This document shows positions 1 through 9,800 of a stretch of 64,000 bases of DNA, piece after piece. The notes under the pieces are model-generated. The model saw only the letters and a list, made by a program, of their open reading frames with translations. It had not been told where the DNA came from and ran no database searches. The stretch is from IMG/VR virus record IMGVR_UViG_3300025572_000008, positions 16,606 to 80,605 of that record. One strand, 5' to 3'. The first letter of the stretch is position 1. Every line of letters starts with the position of its first letter. The position numbers and the translations under genes were made by a program. This DNA is from a virus.

Positions 1-2
1 AG

Positions 3-998
3 CTCCTGGGAGGCACGGCGCTGCTCATCAGTCATAGGGACGAAGATGTCGTGGAAGTGCTTCGGGGGCAGCTTCAGCCACTTCTCCTTGGTCATGACGA
101 TGCAGCACGACTCGAGGATCGATCGAGCTTCATCCGTGTGACGGAAATTCACGATCCTCTCTCGCCCCTCTTTATCTTTGCGCTTGACGGCGAAGTGATT
201 GAGAAAGTTCGCTGAACTTCGACCGACCAGCGCAGGTTCGAGATAGCGCACAGGAGCGAAGACGTCTCCAACGGAGTTGTTCACAAGCGTGCCTGACCCT
301 CCGCAGCGGCTACCGATCGTGTAGCCAAGGTTGGTTAGCTCCTTGGTTCGATCAGTTGTCGGATCCTTGATGAGGAATTCGTCTAGGTGGATGAACTGGT
401 AGCCAACCGACTTCAGCTGCTCACGGAACGTGACGGCCTTGTTGTAGTTGATAATCGTCACCTGAGCGCCGGCGATGCCATCCTTTTCGGCTTCCCAATC
501 CGTGCTCTTGACCGTGTAGTAGGTGAGCTCAGGGCGATGAGTAAGGATTTCGTCTTCCCAGACGAACAGTAACGGTTTCGGACATATAACGACGGACTTC
601 TCGAAGCCTCTCAGATGGATGTAGTCGAGGACAACCTTCGACTTCCCCATGCCGGGATCTAAGAGAACCCCTCCGCTGCCGACGGTGTAGAGATAGCGCA
701 GAGCTATCTCCTGGAAATCCATCGGTTTGGTATGGAATTTGAAACTCTCAGGAAGAGGCTTTAAGGCAAAGGGTTGATTTAGAAAGTCCAAGACATCCTG
801 GGCGATTTTGAACTTTCGCTTGGCCCGCTTTAGCCGATGATAAAGGTTATAGATGACATGAGGCTTTGCCGGAGCCCAGAAGTAAGGATCGTTTCGACCC
901 TTTAGAAAAGCAGGGAATTGATGGAGAAACTTGTAATCTTTGCCGTCTTCGTGGATGAACAGTACTTGTGTTTTAGAGGCATTAAACCGAATGATCAT
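3..998 (-). CDS. SNF2/SF2 helicase, N-terminal part (runs off the left end of the window)
   Basis: My own translation from ATG at 998 gives MIIRFNASKTQ..., with Walker A LDPGMGKSK, motif Ia VICPKPLLFVWEDEI and Walker B-like HLDEF. There is no stop before the window edge, so the ORF track misses it. Confidence 0.85.
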   Translation of the reverse strand, partial: MIIRFNASKTQVLFIHEDGKDYKFLHQFPAFLKGRNDPYFWAPAKPHVIYNLYHRLKRAKRKFKIAQDVLDFLNQPFALKPLPESFKFHTKPMDFQEIALRYLYTVGSGGVLLDPGMGKSKVVLDYIHLRGFEKSVVICPKPLLFVWEDEILTHRPELTYYTVKSTDWEAEKDGIAGAQVTIINYNKAVTFREQLKSVGYQFIHLDEFLIKDPTTDRTKELTNLGYTIGSRCGGSGTLVNNSVGDVFAPVRYLEPALVGRSSANFLNHFAVKRKDKEGRERIVNFRHTDEARSILESCCIVMTKEKWLKLPPKHFHDIFVPMTDEQRRASQE

Positions 999-1245
999 TC
1001 TTGGAAGTGCGAACAGGGATTCCTATGGATTGCCTAAATGCTCTGACGACATCAGGGTCGACCTGCAGACTTTGAAGTTGCTTGAGCAGCGTCACGATCG
1101 ATGAGCGGTTTTCGGTGTCGAATTCCCACTTCTGTAGAATGTACCCCTCGTTGTCTGACCAGAAACCAGGGTTCTCGGTCGTGATGTACTCGTAAGTCTT
1201 GTGGACCAGCCGACCGTCGACGTCTAGGTACACGAATCCTTTCAA
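982..1245 (-). CDS. hypothetical protein
   Basis: 87 aa ORF overlapping both neighbours in operon fashion. Confidence 0.7.
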   Translation of the reverse strand: MKGFVYLDVDGRLVHKTYEYITTENPGFWSDNEGYILQKWEFDTENRSSIVTLLKQLQSLQVDPDVVRAFRQSIGIPVRTSKNDHSV

Positions 1246-1724
1246 CTCTTTTCTCCTTGGAGATTGGTTTCAGTGAGTTGGCCGAACGAGAAGCCGTAAG
1301 CTTCGGCGAAGGACGGAGGGACGGAGTCAACCAGCTTGAAGATTTCTCGCTTGTCACTACACCGAAGAACGACCACATCACGGAGAAGGTGCTCGACCTG
1401 GTTCTTGGGTAATCGAGACCAGAACGACATTCCTTTGGCCGAAACCTCAAGATTCATAAGAATCACGACGTGTTCACTAGGATAGAACAGCCGGACCCAG
1501 GCCGACAGAACCTCTAGGATGGAAAACGATTCGAGCTTGTTCGAGGAGCGGATTAGCGATGTCTCGACAACTCCAACGTGCTTCCAGTAGCTGGCGAGAT
1601 CGCTAAAATCTCGAGTGTAAAGGGAGCTACGGAACTTCCCGGCCCCTCGTCTTGCCCACGGCCAACGCCACACCAGTTCGTCGCCGTGGTAGCGAAATGC
1701 AATACCACCTTTGATAAAACGCAT
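1242..1724 (-). CDS. hypothetical protein
   Basis: 160 aa ORF with a 4-nt overlap with the next gene. Confidence 0.7.
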   Translation of the reverse strand: MRFIKGGIAFRYHGDELVWRWPWARRGAGKFRSSLYTRDFSDLASYWKHVGVVETSLIRSSNKLESFSILEVLSAWVRLFYPSEHVVILMNLEVSAKGMSFWSRLPKNQVEHLLRDVVVLRCSDKREIFKLVDSVPPSFAEAYGFSFGQLTETNLQGEKS

Positions 1725-1772
1725 AATATTCCTCGGACTGCCATTGAAGTTGTATGTAGTCGGCAGTTGACA

Positions 1773-1780
1773 TAAAATAG
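1773..1780 (+). promoter_or_regulatory. putative late promoter motif TAAAATAG
   Basis: TAAAATAGAGCAG, 45 nt before ATG 1826; the same 13-mer occurs at 23054. Confidence 0.6.
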
Positions 1781-1825
1781 AGCAGATAACAATACTACCT
1801 GTTTTTTAGTCGGAATTCAAATCAT

Positions 1826-3025
1826 ATGCCCACTCCTGGCTTCGTCCCTCAGGACGCCAACTCGCTTACTCAAGTCCGATACTATACGGCGCTTGATCCG
1901 TATTATTACGCCGTGGACAACCGTCCGCTTCAGGATCTCGCAGCCAACATAGAAAAGATCAGCTCGGGGGGCGGGGATTCCGCTCGTCGCGCTGTTCTGC
2001 TGACGCAGCTCTCCATGTCGTCGGTGTTCCAGGAGCTGTTCTCAACTCCGAACCCGAAGGGCTTCATCTCCGGCCTTACCGTGGCATACCCCGGATCCAA
2101 CATCGTCCAAGTGAATCCTGGAAGCCTTTATCAGACGCAGGTTCTGAACGCGTCAGACGGACGACCGATCATCAAGCAAGCGCTTAATCTGGCTGCTAAG
2201 CAGTTCAGTATTGTCCAGCCGTCAGTCGGCGGGGAGGCGATTAGTTACCTTATTCAGGGCCGCTACCGAGATCTGACATCGGATCAACAAACCTCGTCCG
2301 GCCTTCCGTTCTTGGATCCGAACAACGAGTTCCTTCCTTGCCTTCTGCTCAACGGAGAGCTGGAGCTAGGAATTAAGAACGGCACTGCGGCACCTGAAGG
2401 TAGTCAGACCATCCCCACTCCAGATCCAGACTGGATTCCTCTCTATGTGGTCACGGCTGTTTTCGGCCAAGCTAATCCGACTATCACTCTGGCCGAAAAT
2501 TCGCCGAGCATGAAAGGTCTGTATCGAGACGTTATTCTAGGAAATCGCACAACCGAGGCTGCGGCCGGAACTCCGGTTGCCGGTATCAACACACTGACCT
2601 TGGAAAAGACGGGCATTCAGGGCGTGACGTTATCGATTCCTCTGAACAATTCCGCCATATCAGACGGAACCTTCCCGAATCCTTACGCTCCTATCAAATT
2701 CAAGCTGGTCTACTCTTCAAATGAATCAGGAGGGAACTTCGCTTTGCGGCTGCAGTATCGAGCCCTAAGCGTAGGAGACAGCACCGAGGGGACTCCTGTG
2801 TCGACGCTGCTTGAAGCCGTGCCGATGGACGTTGCCGCTAATTCGATTGCCGCCTACCACACTATAACGATGGTCATTCCTCCGACGGCATTCAGCGGCA
2901 TTCTGGGAGGAGTCTGGACGGTGACGAAGCAGAAGCTGTACGTGACCCTACAGCGAATCCCCGGAGATGTGGCCGACACGGCTGCCGGGGACTTCTACCT
3001 GCATGACGTCATCGCTTACCAGTAA
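1826..3025 (+). CDS. putative virion structural protein (baseplate/tail-fibre type)
   Basis: 399 aa; N-terminal YYTALDPYYYAVDNRPLQDL resembles tail/baseplate attachment segments; beta-rich C-terminus; preceded by the late motif. Confidence 0.5.
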   Translation: MPTPGFVPQDANSLTQVRYYTALDPYYYAVDNRPLQDLAANIEKISSGGGDSARRAVLLTQLSMSSVFQELFSTPNPKGFISGLTVAYPGSNIVQVNPGSLYQTQVLNASDGRPIIKQALNLAAKQFSIVQPSVGGEAISYLIQGRYRDLTSDQQTSSGLPFLDPNNEFLPCLLLNGELELGIKNGTAAPEGSQTIPTPDPDWIPLYVVTAVFGQANPTITLAENSPSMKGLYRDVILGNRTTEAAAGTPVAGINTLTLEKTGIQGVTLSIPLNNSAISDGTFPNPYAPIKFKLVYSSNESGGNFALRLQYRALSVGDSTEGTPVSTLLEAVPMDVAANSIAAYHTITMVIPPTAFSGILGGVWTVTKQKLYVTLQRIPGDVADTAAGDFYLHDVIAYQ

Positions 3026-3344
3026 TAATGCGGCAGAGCTGGTAGATCTGTCTTAAGGTCTCCAGCACCTGCGGAGCATTCTTGGTCGTCAGGTTTGGAA
3101 GTTGCCGACCGAGATCCTGAGCCAGCTTCGTAAACTTCTCGACCGGTGCGCCGGTCGTTTTCTTTTCGACCATCACTTGAGCCGTCTGATTAATCAGGCT
3201 CTCTATCTGGGCCAAAAAATTAGGCCTCACGAGCGGATGAGAATGAACGTAGAGAAGTTCGGATACCGGGACATACTCATTCGAACCCTCGAAATACCGC
3301 TTGATCTGTAGGTTGGTGAAACTAAGGTCGGCAAGGGTTGTCAT
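3009..3344 (-). CDS. hypothetical protein
   Basis: 111 aa ORF convergent with the 1826 gene. Confidence 0.65.
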   Translation of the reverse strand: MTTLADLSFTNLQIKRYFEGSNEYVPVSELLYVHSHPLVRPNFLAQIESLINQTAQVMVEKKTTGAPVEKFTKLAQDLGRQLPNLTTKNAPQVLETLRQIYQLCRIITGKR

Positions 3345-3404
3345 CGGCTAAACAAAAGGGCTGAAGAGAACAGCCTGGCACGCGGCCAGGCGGTCGGATA
3401 ATTG

Positions 3405-3869
3405 TCAGAGCGAGATCTGTGCATCGCCTTTCGAAGTGCAGCTTCGAACAAGCGTCGCGCCGATCGCCAGAGCTGTGAATCCAGATAGGAGCGCCATCGC
3501 AAAGGTGGCGATCGTGCTGGCTTTCTTCTCGTTGATTATAGCTTGCTGATACTGCATGGCCTTATCGATGAAGGCTTTTTCCACATCCGGGCTCAGAGGG
3601 ATGGAGAGATCGCCCGAGACGGATTTGAAGTTCAGCCTTCCTCCGTTGACTTCTAGCTTGTCGTCAGAAGGCCTGGGTTTGGCCGGTTTGAGATCGGAGG
3701 TGATATGGTTGAAAGGGGAGAGAGGTTTCTTTTCCACGGAAGTGCTTTCAGGAGAAGAGGGTTGCTTGGGAGTCACCGCTTCCGGTTCATGGGTGTCTGA
3801 GCCTTTGTTAGCCAGTTCGTCTTTGACTTGATTCAGTTGTTCGTGCCAGCTAGGTTTTTGATCGGACAT
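3405..3869 (-). CDS. hypothetical protein with C-terminal membrane anchor
   Basis: Start moved to MSDQKPS (GAGG SD); hydrophobic IATFAMALLSGFTALAIGATLV near the C-terminus. Confidence 0.7.
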   Translation of the reverse strand: MSDQKPSWHEQLNQVKDELANKGSDTHEPEAVTPKQPSSPESTSVEKKPLSPFNHITSDLKPAKPRPSDDKLEVNGGRLNFKSVSGDLSIPLSPDVEKAFIDKAMQYQQAIINEKKASTIATFAMALLSGFTALAIGATLVRSCTSKGDAQISL

Positions 3870-3931
3870 AGAGACCTCAGGTCGGGCAGTCGATACAGCA
3901 AAATCGGATTCTGGTAATTTGCCGCGCAAAA

Positions 3932-3957
3932 AAGAACCGAGTGTGACCTCGGTTCTT
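3932..3957 (-). terminator. intrinsic terminator
   Basis: AAGAACCGAG/CTCGGTTCTT stem with an adjacent A-run (U-run on the minus strand). Confidence 0.7.
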
Positions 3958-3965
3958 GTTACCTC

Positions 3966-4190
3966 TTACGAGGCGATGGGAGTGACTTCAGCCTTACCGT
4001 CGGAGGCCGAGCTCTTCTGGCTGACCTTCATCACCAGCGCAGCGCCGAGCGCACCCAGAGCGATCTGAAACACGATACGACCAGCTGCAAGGCCGTAGCG
4101 CTTGAAGGCTTCCTTGCGGGACGCGATGGCCACAGCCTGGATTTGCTGACCGGCGTTCTGAGGTTCGTTTTGAGCATCGATGTTGGACAT
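3966..4190 (-). CDS. small membrane protein
   Basis: 74 aa, AAGGAG SD, one hydrophobic segment. Confidence 0.7.
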   Translation of the reverse strand: MSNIDAQNEPQNAGQQIQAVAIASRKEAFKRYGLAAGRIVFQIALGALGAALVMKVSQKSSASDGKAEVTPIAS

Positions 4191-4242
4191 GAAAATCTCC
4201 TTCAGGAGGGGTTGAGGAAAAGGGGTGTTGTTCTCTACACTT

Positions 4243-4250
4243 CTTATACC
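4243..4250 (-). promoter_or_regulatory. putative early promoter motif (GGTATAAG on minus strand)
   Basis: CTTATACC on plus strand; TTGAA 18 nt to the right (TTCAA-N18-GGTATAAG on minus); upstream of the 4190 gene. Confidence 0.7.
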
Positions 4251-4274
4251 AAGAACGAGGTCTGATTATTGAAA

Positions 4275-4556
4275 TCAGGCAGCCTCATCAAACGAGCTTC
4301 GCCGGAAACTTCCGCCGATGGGTATCGAGTTGGAATAATCCCGGCCTCCAAAGGAGCCGGAAGACGAGTCTCCATTCGAAGCAAGACGTCCGTCCTTCCA
4401 ACCCTTAGAGTTTCCAAAACCGTGCGCATACGCCATTGCAAAGGTCGACACGGCGCAGATTGCAATCGTAGCAACAGCCAGGCCGGCTACCGCGGCTCCG
4501 GCCTTAATCTTGGACCAGGTTTCTTCGGAGATCCAAGCCTTGGATTCCTTGATCAT
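4275..4556 (-). CDS. small membrane protein with Gly/Ser-rich tail
   Basis: 93 aa, hydrophobic AGAAVAGLAVATIAICAVSTFAMAYA; own promoter motif at 4605. Confidence 0.6.
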   Translation of the reverse strand: MIKESKAWISEETWSKIKAGAAVAGLAVATIAICAVSTFAMAYAHGFGNSKGWKDGRLASNGDSSSGSFGGRDYSNSIPIGGSFRRSSFDEAA

Positions 4557-4604
4557 TGCTTTGTATCCTTTCGCGTTGATAGAGATATAAGTCCCGGCAC
4601 TATT

Positions 4605-4612
4605 CTTATACC
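4605..4612 (-). promoter_or_regulatory. putative early promoter motif GGTATAAG
   Basis: TTCAA-N18-GGTATAAG on the minus strand. Confidence 0.7.
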
Positions 4613-4675
4613 AAACAGGAAGGCCATTGTTTGAAGAAAGACAAGGCCTGATTTGACCAGATTAAGAGGGGTGCC

Positions 4676-4683
4676 TTAAAATA
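4676..4683 (+). promoter_or_regulatory. putative late promoter motif TTAAAATA
   Basis: 25 nt before the portal ATG. Confidence 0.55.
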
Positions 4684-4708
4684 CGGGTATATTAAAAGCG
4701 CATCCCTA

Positions 4709-6553
4709 ATGTCTTCATCAAACGTTTATTACAATCCGCCACTCATTCCAGGAATGACGGCGGGGACGAATCCGCTCGCTGGCAATTATGCGGCGACGCC
4801 GAATCCTTTCTTCACCGTGGCGAACCAGTTTCTGCCGCGGAATCTGCACGACGTCATACGATGGGCTCGGTTCATCACCTTGCAGTCGCCGGTCACGACC
4901 GAGGTCATTCGGAAGTTGTCCACTTATCCGATCACTGACTTCATCGTTGATACGACGGACAAGGCGGTAAAGGAGCGTTACGAGGAGATTTTCAAGTACA
5001 CTCGCTTGAAATCAGCCCTGCATGACATCGGCTTCGAATACTATACGATCGGCAACGTCTTCCTATCAATCTACTTCCCGATTCAGAGGATGCTTCGCTG
5101 CCCCTCTTGCAGTCAGGAGTACAACGCCAAGACGGCAACGTTTACGACGTTCCGGAACTACGAGTTCCATGGCGTCTGCCCGGCCTGCGGATTCAAGGGT
5201 AATTTCATTCGGAAGGACTCAAAGTCCTTCGACATCAGGGATCTAAACCTGGTGCGATGGGACCCCGTACACATTGCGGTAAACCACAATCCGATCACCA
5301 ATGAGTACGAGTACTACTACAAGATCCCGAACGAAGTGCGTCGCCGAGTCAAGATGGGCGATAAGCTTTTCGTCAACTCGGTGCCCTGGGGCTTCATCGA
5401 AGCCGTCAAAAACAACCAGGACTTCAAGTTTGACAGAGACAACATCTATCATCTGCGCAACATCTCAGCGGGTCCGCTGATCGAAGGAGTTGCTATCCCG
5501 CCGCTGATTTCATTGTTTGGCCTGGTTTTCTATCAACAGACCTTGCGCCGAGGGAATGAAGCCATCGCTCAGGACTATATGACTCCGTTGCGTGTGGTTT
5601 TCCCTCAGGCTCAGACGGGTAACTCCGATCCTGTGATCTCAATCTCCATGCGGAATTTCCAGGCCCGCATGAAGCAGGCTTTCATCGATCACAAACGAGA
5701 TCCAAACCACGTCCTTATCGCTCCCGTTCCGGTTGGCTACCAGGCAATCAGCGGGGAGGGGAAGGCTCTGCTCGTGGCACAGGAAATCGCTCAGGCCGAC
5801 GAGTCGATCCTCCTTAGCCTAGGCGTATCGAGGGAGTTACTGTCCGGTCAGACCAATTGGACGAGCTCAACAATCGGCTTGCGTCTTCTGAAGAACACGC
5901 TCGAGGTCTACGTCGACCAGATCGAGAGCTTCCTTGAGTGGTTCATCTCCCGGGTTTCGAAATACCTGAACCTGAAAACCTGCGATGTAACCCTGGCTCC
6001 GTTCAAGTTGACGGACGACGAGAACCTGCGGCAGATGCTTTTTGCTCTTGCTCAGAATGGAAATTGCTCGCTCTCGACGCTCTACGAGTCCTTCGGCATG
6101 GACTATCAAGAAGACCTGAAAAAGCAGCGTGAAGACGCGGTGGCCACAGCCACCAACCAGGTCGAAACCAAGTTCGAGGTCGAGAGGGCACAATTCCTTG
6201 CGGCCAAGGAAGTCGGCGAGAAATTCGACAAGTCCTCGGGAGATTACCGTGCTGCTCTGGAACAGGCTCAGTACGCCGCCTCACAGCTTGCTGGCGCCGA
6301 TGGTCAGACGCAACGGATGGTGCTCAACCAGCTCAAGATCGAGGATTACGCCAAATATCTCATGGTTGCCAAGCTGCTCGACGAGGAGAACGAGAGGCGG
6401 CAAGAGGAGCTTGCCATGGCTCAGAATCTTGCCGTCGGTCAACCAGGAGAAAACGGGGAAGAAGGGGAGAAAGAGGCTCAGCCGAAAAAGGCGGTTTCGG
6501 ATCGTCCGGAAGGAGGATACCCGCCGGGTCCCGAAGAGCAGCCAGACGCATAA
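4709..6553 (+). CDS. probable portal protein with Zn-ribbon insertion
   Basis: 614 aa; helical N-terminal wing (VIRKLSTYPITDF), EYYTIGNVF segment, clip region and SLGVSRELLSG typical of portals; CPSC...CPAC insertion; acidic disordered tail. Confidence 0.65.
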   Translation: MSSSNVYYNPPLIPGMTAGTNPLAGNYAATPNPFFTVANQFLPRNLHDVIRWARFITLQSPVTTEVIRKLSTYPITDFIVDTTDKAVKERYEEIFKYTRLKSALHDIGFEYYTIGNVFLSIYFPIQRMLRCPSCSQEYNAKTATFTTFRNYEFHGVCPACGFKGNFIRKDSKSFDIRDLNLVRWDPVHIAVNHNPITNEYEYYYKIPNEVRRRVKMGDKLFVNSVPWGFIEAVKNNQDFKFDRDNIYHLRNISAGPLIEGVAIPPLISLFGLVFYQQTLRRGNEAIAQDYMTPLRVVFPQAQTGNSDPVISISMRNFQARMKQAFIDHKRDPNHVLIAPVPVGYQAISGEGKALLVAQEIAQADESILLSLGVSRELLSGQTNWTSSTIGLRLLKNTLEVYVDQIESFLEWFISRVSKYLNLKTCDVTLAPFKLTDDENLRQMLFALAQNGNCSLSTLYESFGMDYQEDLKKQREDAVATATNQVETKFEVERAQFLAAKEVGEKFDKSSGDYRAALEQAQYAASQLAGADGQTQRMVLNQLKIEDYAKYLMVAKLLDEENERRQEELAMAQNLAVGQPGENGEEGEKEAQPKKAVSDRPEGGYPPGPEEQPDA

Positions 6554-6568
6554 TCGAAAGGAGAAAGC

Positions 6569-6880
6569 ATGGCAACCAACAATTTAAACCCGTTCGCCGG
6601 CAACCCTGTACCCGGCGTTTCCAAGATAAGTGCGGTTGAGATTCCTGGGTTCGGACCCTCTCAACCGACTGAGCTCGACCTAAGCCAGTACAAAGTGCGC
6701 TATTCGAAGATCGACCTGGACGATCCGGGCTCCATCGCGGAGCTGGAGATTCTCGAAACCAGGGCGATTCGTAACGAGGGTATTCACATCCTGAACAAGG
6801 ACAAATTCGTCTTCATGGATAAGTACTTCCTCATCGTTTCTTACCTCGAACAAGACCGGAATGCCAATACCAGCCGATAA
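6569..6880 (+). CDS. hypothetical protein
   Basis: 103 aa, AAGGAG SD, sits between portal and RNAP. Confidence 0.75.
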   Translation: MATNNLNPFAGNPVPGVSKISAVEIPGFGPSQPTELDLSQYKVRYSKIDLDDPGSIAELEILETRAIRNEGIHILNKDKFVFMDKYFLIVSYLEQDRNANTSR

Positions 6881-9800
6881 AGCCGACCACCTCCAACGTA
6901 TCTTTTCGTCTCCTAGGGAGCTCAGCCGAAAGGTCGACGCGGCGCTGATCGCAGGTATCCAATCGCAGTTCCCCATTGAAGGTAAGTACTTTACGCTCGT
7001 CGCAGAAAACGTCCGCGCCGAGCCGAAAACGTTCACCCATGAAGACGAGAAGGAAGCCATCCTTAAGTCCAAGTCTCTGACCTATCCAATCAAGGGAGAC
7101 CTTAAGCTCATCGATAAGGCGACCGGAAAGGTCGTGGCTGAGCAGAAGGATTTCTCCTTAATGGATGCCTTCCATCTCACCAACAAGCACACGCTGCTTT
7201 ACAAAGGAAATAACTACTCGGTTGCCAACCAACTCCAGCTTCGGCCTGGAGTCTACACTCGAGCCCGAGAGACGGGAGAGCTCGAAAGCCACGTCAACAC
7301 GGCTACGGGGCGCAGCTTCTCTCTGACTCTCGATCCTCAGACGGGATTGTTCTACGTCCAGATCCAATCCTCCTCGATTCCTCTGGCGCCGCTTCTGACT
7401 AGGGTATTCGGTGTTGGCCCGAAGGAAGTGAGCACGTACATCCCTGTCGAAGTTTGGGATGCGAACTTGAAGGCGAGTGCCGGGAAGGAGACCAAATACC
7501 TTTCTGATCTCTACAACCGACTGGTTTCAACCTCCAAGCGACGCCCAGGGGCCAGCCCTGAAGAGATGGCCTCTCAGCTTAAGGAGGCTCTGGAGAGCTC
7601 CCAACTGTCTCCGCAAACGACGCAAGTGACGTTGGGAAAGGCCTTGGGCAGCGTGACGTCGGAAACCATTCTACGAGCGATGAAGAACCTGGTCGACGTC
7701 CACGCCGGCCGACGTCCTGAGGACAACCGGGACTCCCTGCAGTTCAAGCGTGTCCAGAATCTGCCTGACTTCCTGGCTCGACGCTTCGAAAAGGAGCACC
7801 AATCGGTGACGAACGTTGCTCGGAAGATCAAGTACGAGCTCGATCGCATGGATCGAAACGATCCGAAGATCCGAGGGGCGATTGCTGCCAAGCCGTTCAA
7901 CAAGATCATGTCCAGCTACCTACTGGACAGCAATCTTGTGGCTACGCCTTCCGAGACCAATCCCGTTGAAAGCCTGGAGAATGTGGCCAAGGTGACCGTT
8001 CTGGGAGGTGGCGAAGGTGGCATCGAATCCTCTAGAGGTGTCCCCATGTCGGCCCGTGACATTGATCCCTCTCATCTAGGGATCATTGATCCGAGCCGGA
8101 CTCCGGAATCCGGACATGCTGGTATCGATCAGCGCTTCACCGTTTCTGCTCGCCGGGACGCCGACGGCAATCTCTACGCTCGTGTCCGAGACAACAGTGG
8201 CAAAACTCACTTCCTCTCGGTCCACGAGATGATGACGCACACGATCGGCTTCCCGCACCAAGAGGGGAAGAGGAAGGTTCAAGCACAGGTCAATGGGGAG
8301 CTGAAAGAGGTTGATCGCAGCAAGGTCGACTACTGGCTGGCTGACAGCACGGACATGTACACGATCACAACCAACCTCGTGCCGTTCCTCAATTCCAATC
8401 ACCCGGGACGCCTCACCATGGCAGGCAAGGCCATTCCTCAGGCCCTGTCTCTCGTTGATCGGGAAGCCCCTCTTGTTCAAACAACGAACGACGAAGGCGT
8501 TCCTTTCGTCAAGCTGCTCGGAAAAATCACGTCGACAATCTCCCCGGTGGACGGGGAAGTCACGGCTGTCACTTCGAAGCACATTGAGATCAAGAGCAAC
8601 GACGGTAAGACCCACAAGGTTCCTCTCGTCAAGAACTTGCCCTTTAACATGAAGGGCTTCCTGGACGATGAGACGCCTCTGGTCAAGCCTGGTGACAAGG
8701 TTAAGTATGGCGATGTCCTGGTCGACAACAACTACACGAAGAATGGTGAGCTGGCCATCGGCAAGAACTTGACTGTCGCCTATCTGCCGTACAAAGGCTA
8801 CAACCACGAGGACGGTTTGGTGATTAGCCGGTCGGCGGCCGAGAGCCTCGCTAGCCATCATGCTTACAAAATCGACTACGACGTGCAGGACACGTCCGTC
8901 ATGCGTAAGCAGCTGATCAACCGTTACTTTCCAGGAAGATACACCAAGGAGCAACTGGACAAGCTGGACGACAAGGGATTCGCAAAGGTTGGCGCGGTGC
9001 TGAACCACGGGGATCCCGTCTATGTTGTCCTGGAAAAGCGTGAGCCGACACCAGAAGACAAGATGCTTGGTCGGCTTCATAAGACGCTCGTTGCTCCGTA
9101 TCGTCCGGTTTCGGAAATCTGGACCCATGAAGAGCAAGGAGTCGTTGTCGACGCTCACACTGAAGGGAAGGCTATCCGGATCCTGGTACGATCGAAGAAG
9201 CCGCTTGAGATCGGAGACAAGCTTACCGGCCTGCACGGTAACAAAGGGATTGTGTCTCTGATCTTGGAAGATCACGAAATGCCTTACAACAAGGAGACCG
9301 GAAAGCCAGTGGATCTGTTGCTGAACCCGGCTTCGGTGACGTCCCGAATCAATCTTGGGCAGCTCATGGAGACGGCTGCGGCGAAGATCGCCCAGAAGAC
9401 AGGCAAGCCTTATCTCGTCCACAACTACTCTAAGAGCAGTAACATCGCCGATCTCAAGAAAGAACTCACGGCGCATGGACTGGACGATTCGGAGGTTCTG
9501 GTTGACCCCAAGACCGGCAAGGAGCTCGGCAAGGTTCTGACGGGCCCGCAATACATCGCCAAGCTGTACAAAACCACGGATCAGAACTGGTCGGCTCGCA
9601 ACGTCGGAAGTTACGACAATGCTATGCAGCCGACGAAAGGCGGGGAAGAAGGTTCCAAGGCCGTCGGCTACATGGAGATGCTGGGTCTGTTAGGCTCGGA
9701 TGCCCGCAAGAACCTCAAGGAAATCGCCACGATCAAATCCGAGAAGAATGAGGAGTTCTGGTCTCGTTTCCTGAACGGGCAGCCTCTTCCGAAGCCGAAG

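Noticed and set aside
8076-9551. 491-aa minus-strand ORF
   Set aside because: Antisense shadow of the RNAP beta gene; no motifs; expected from codon bias.
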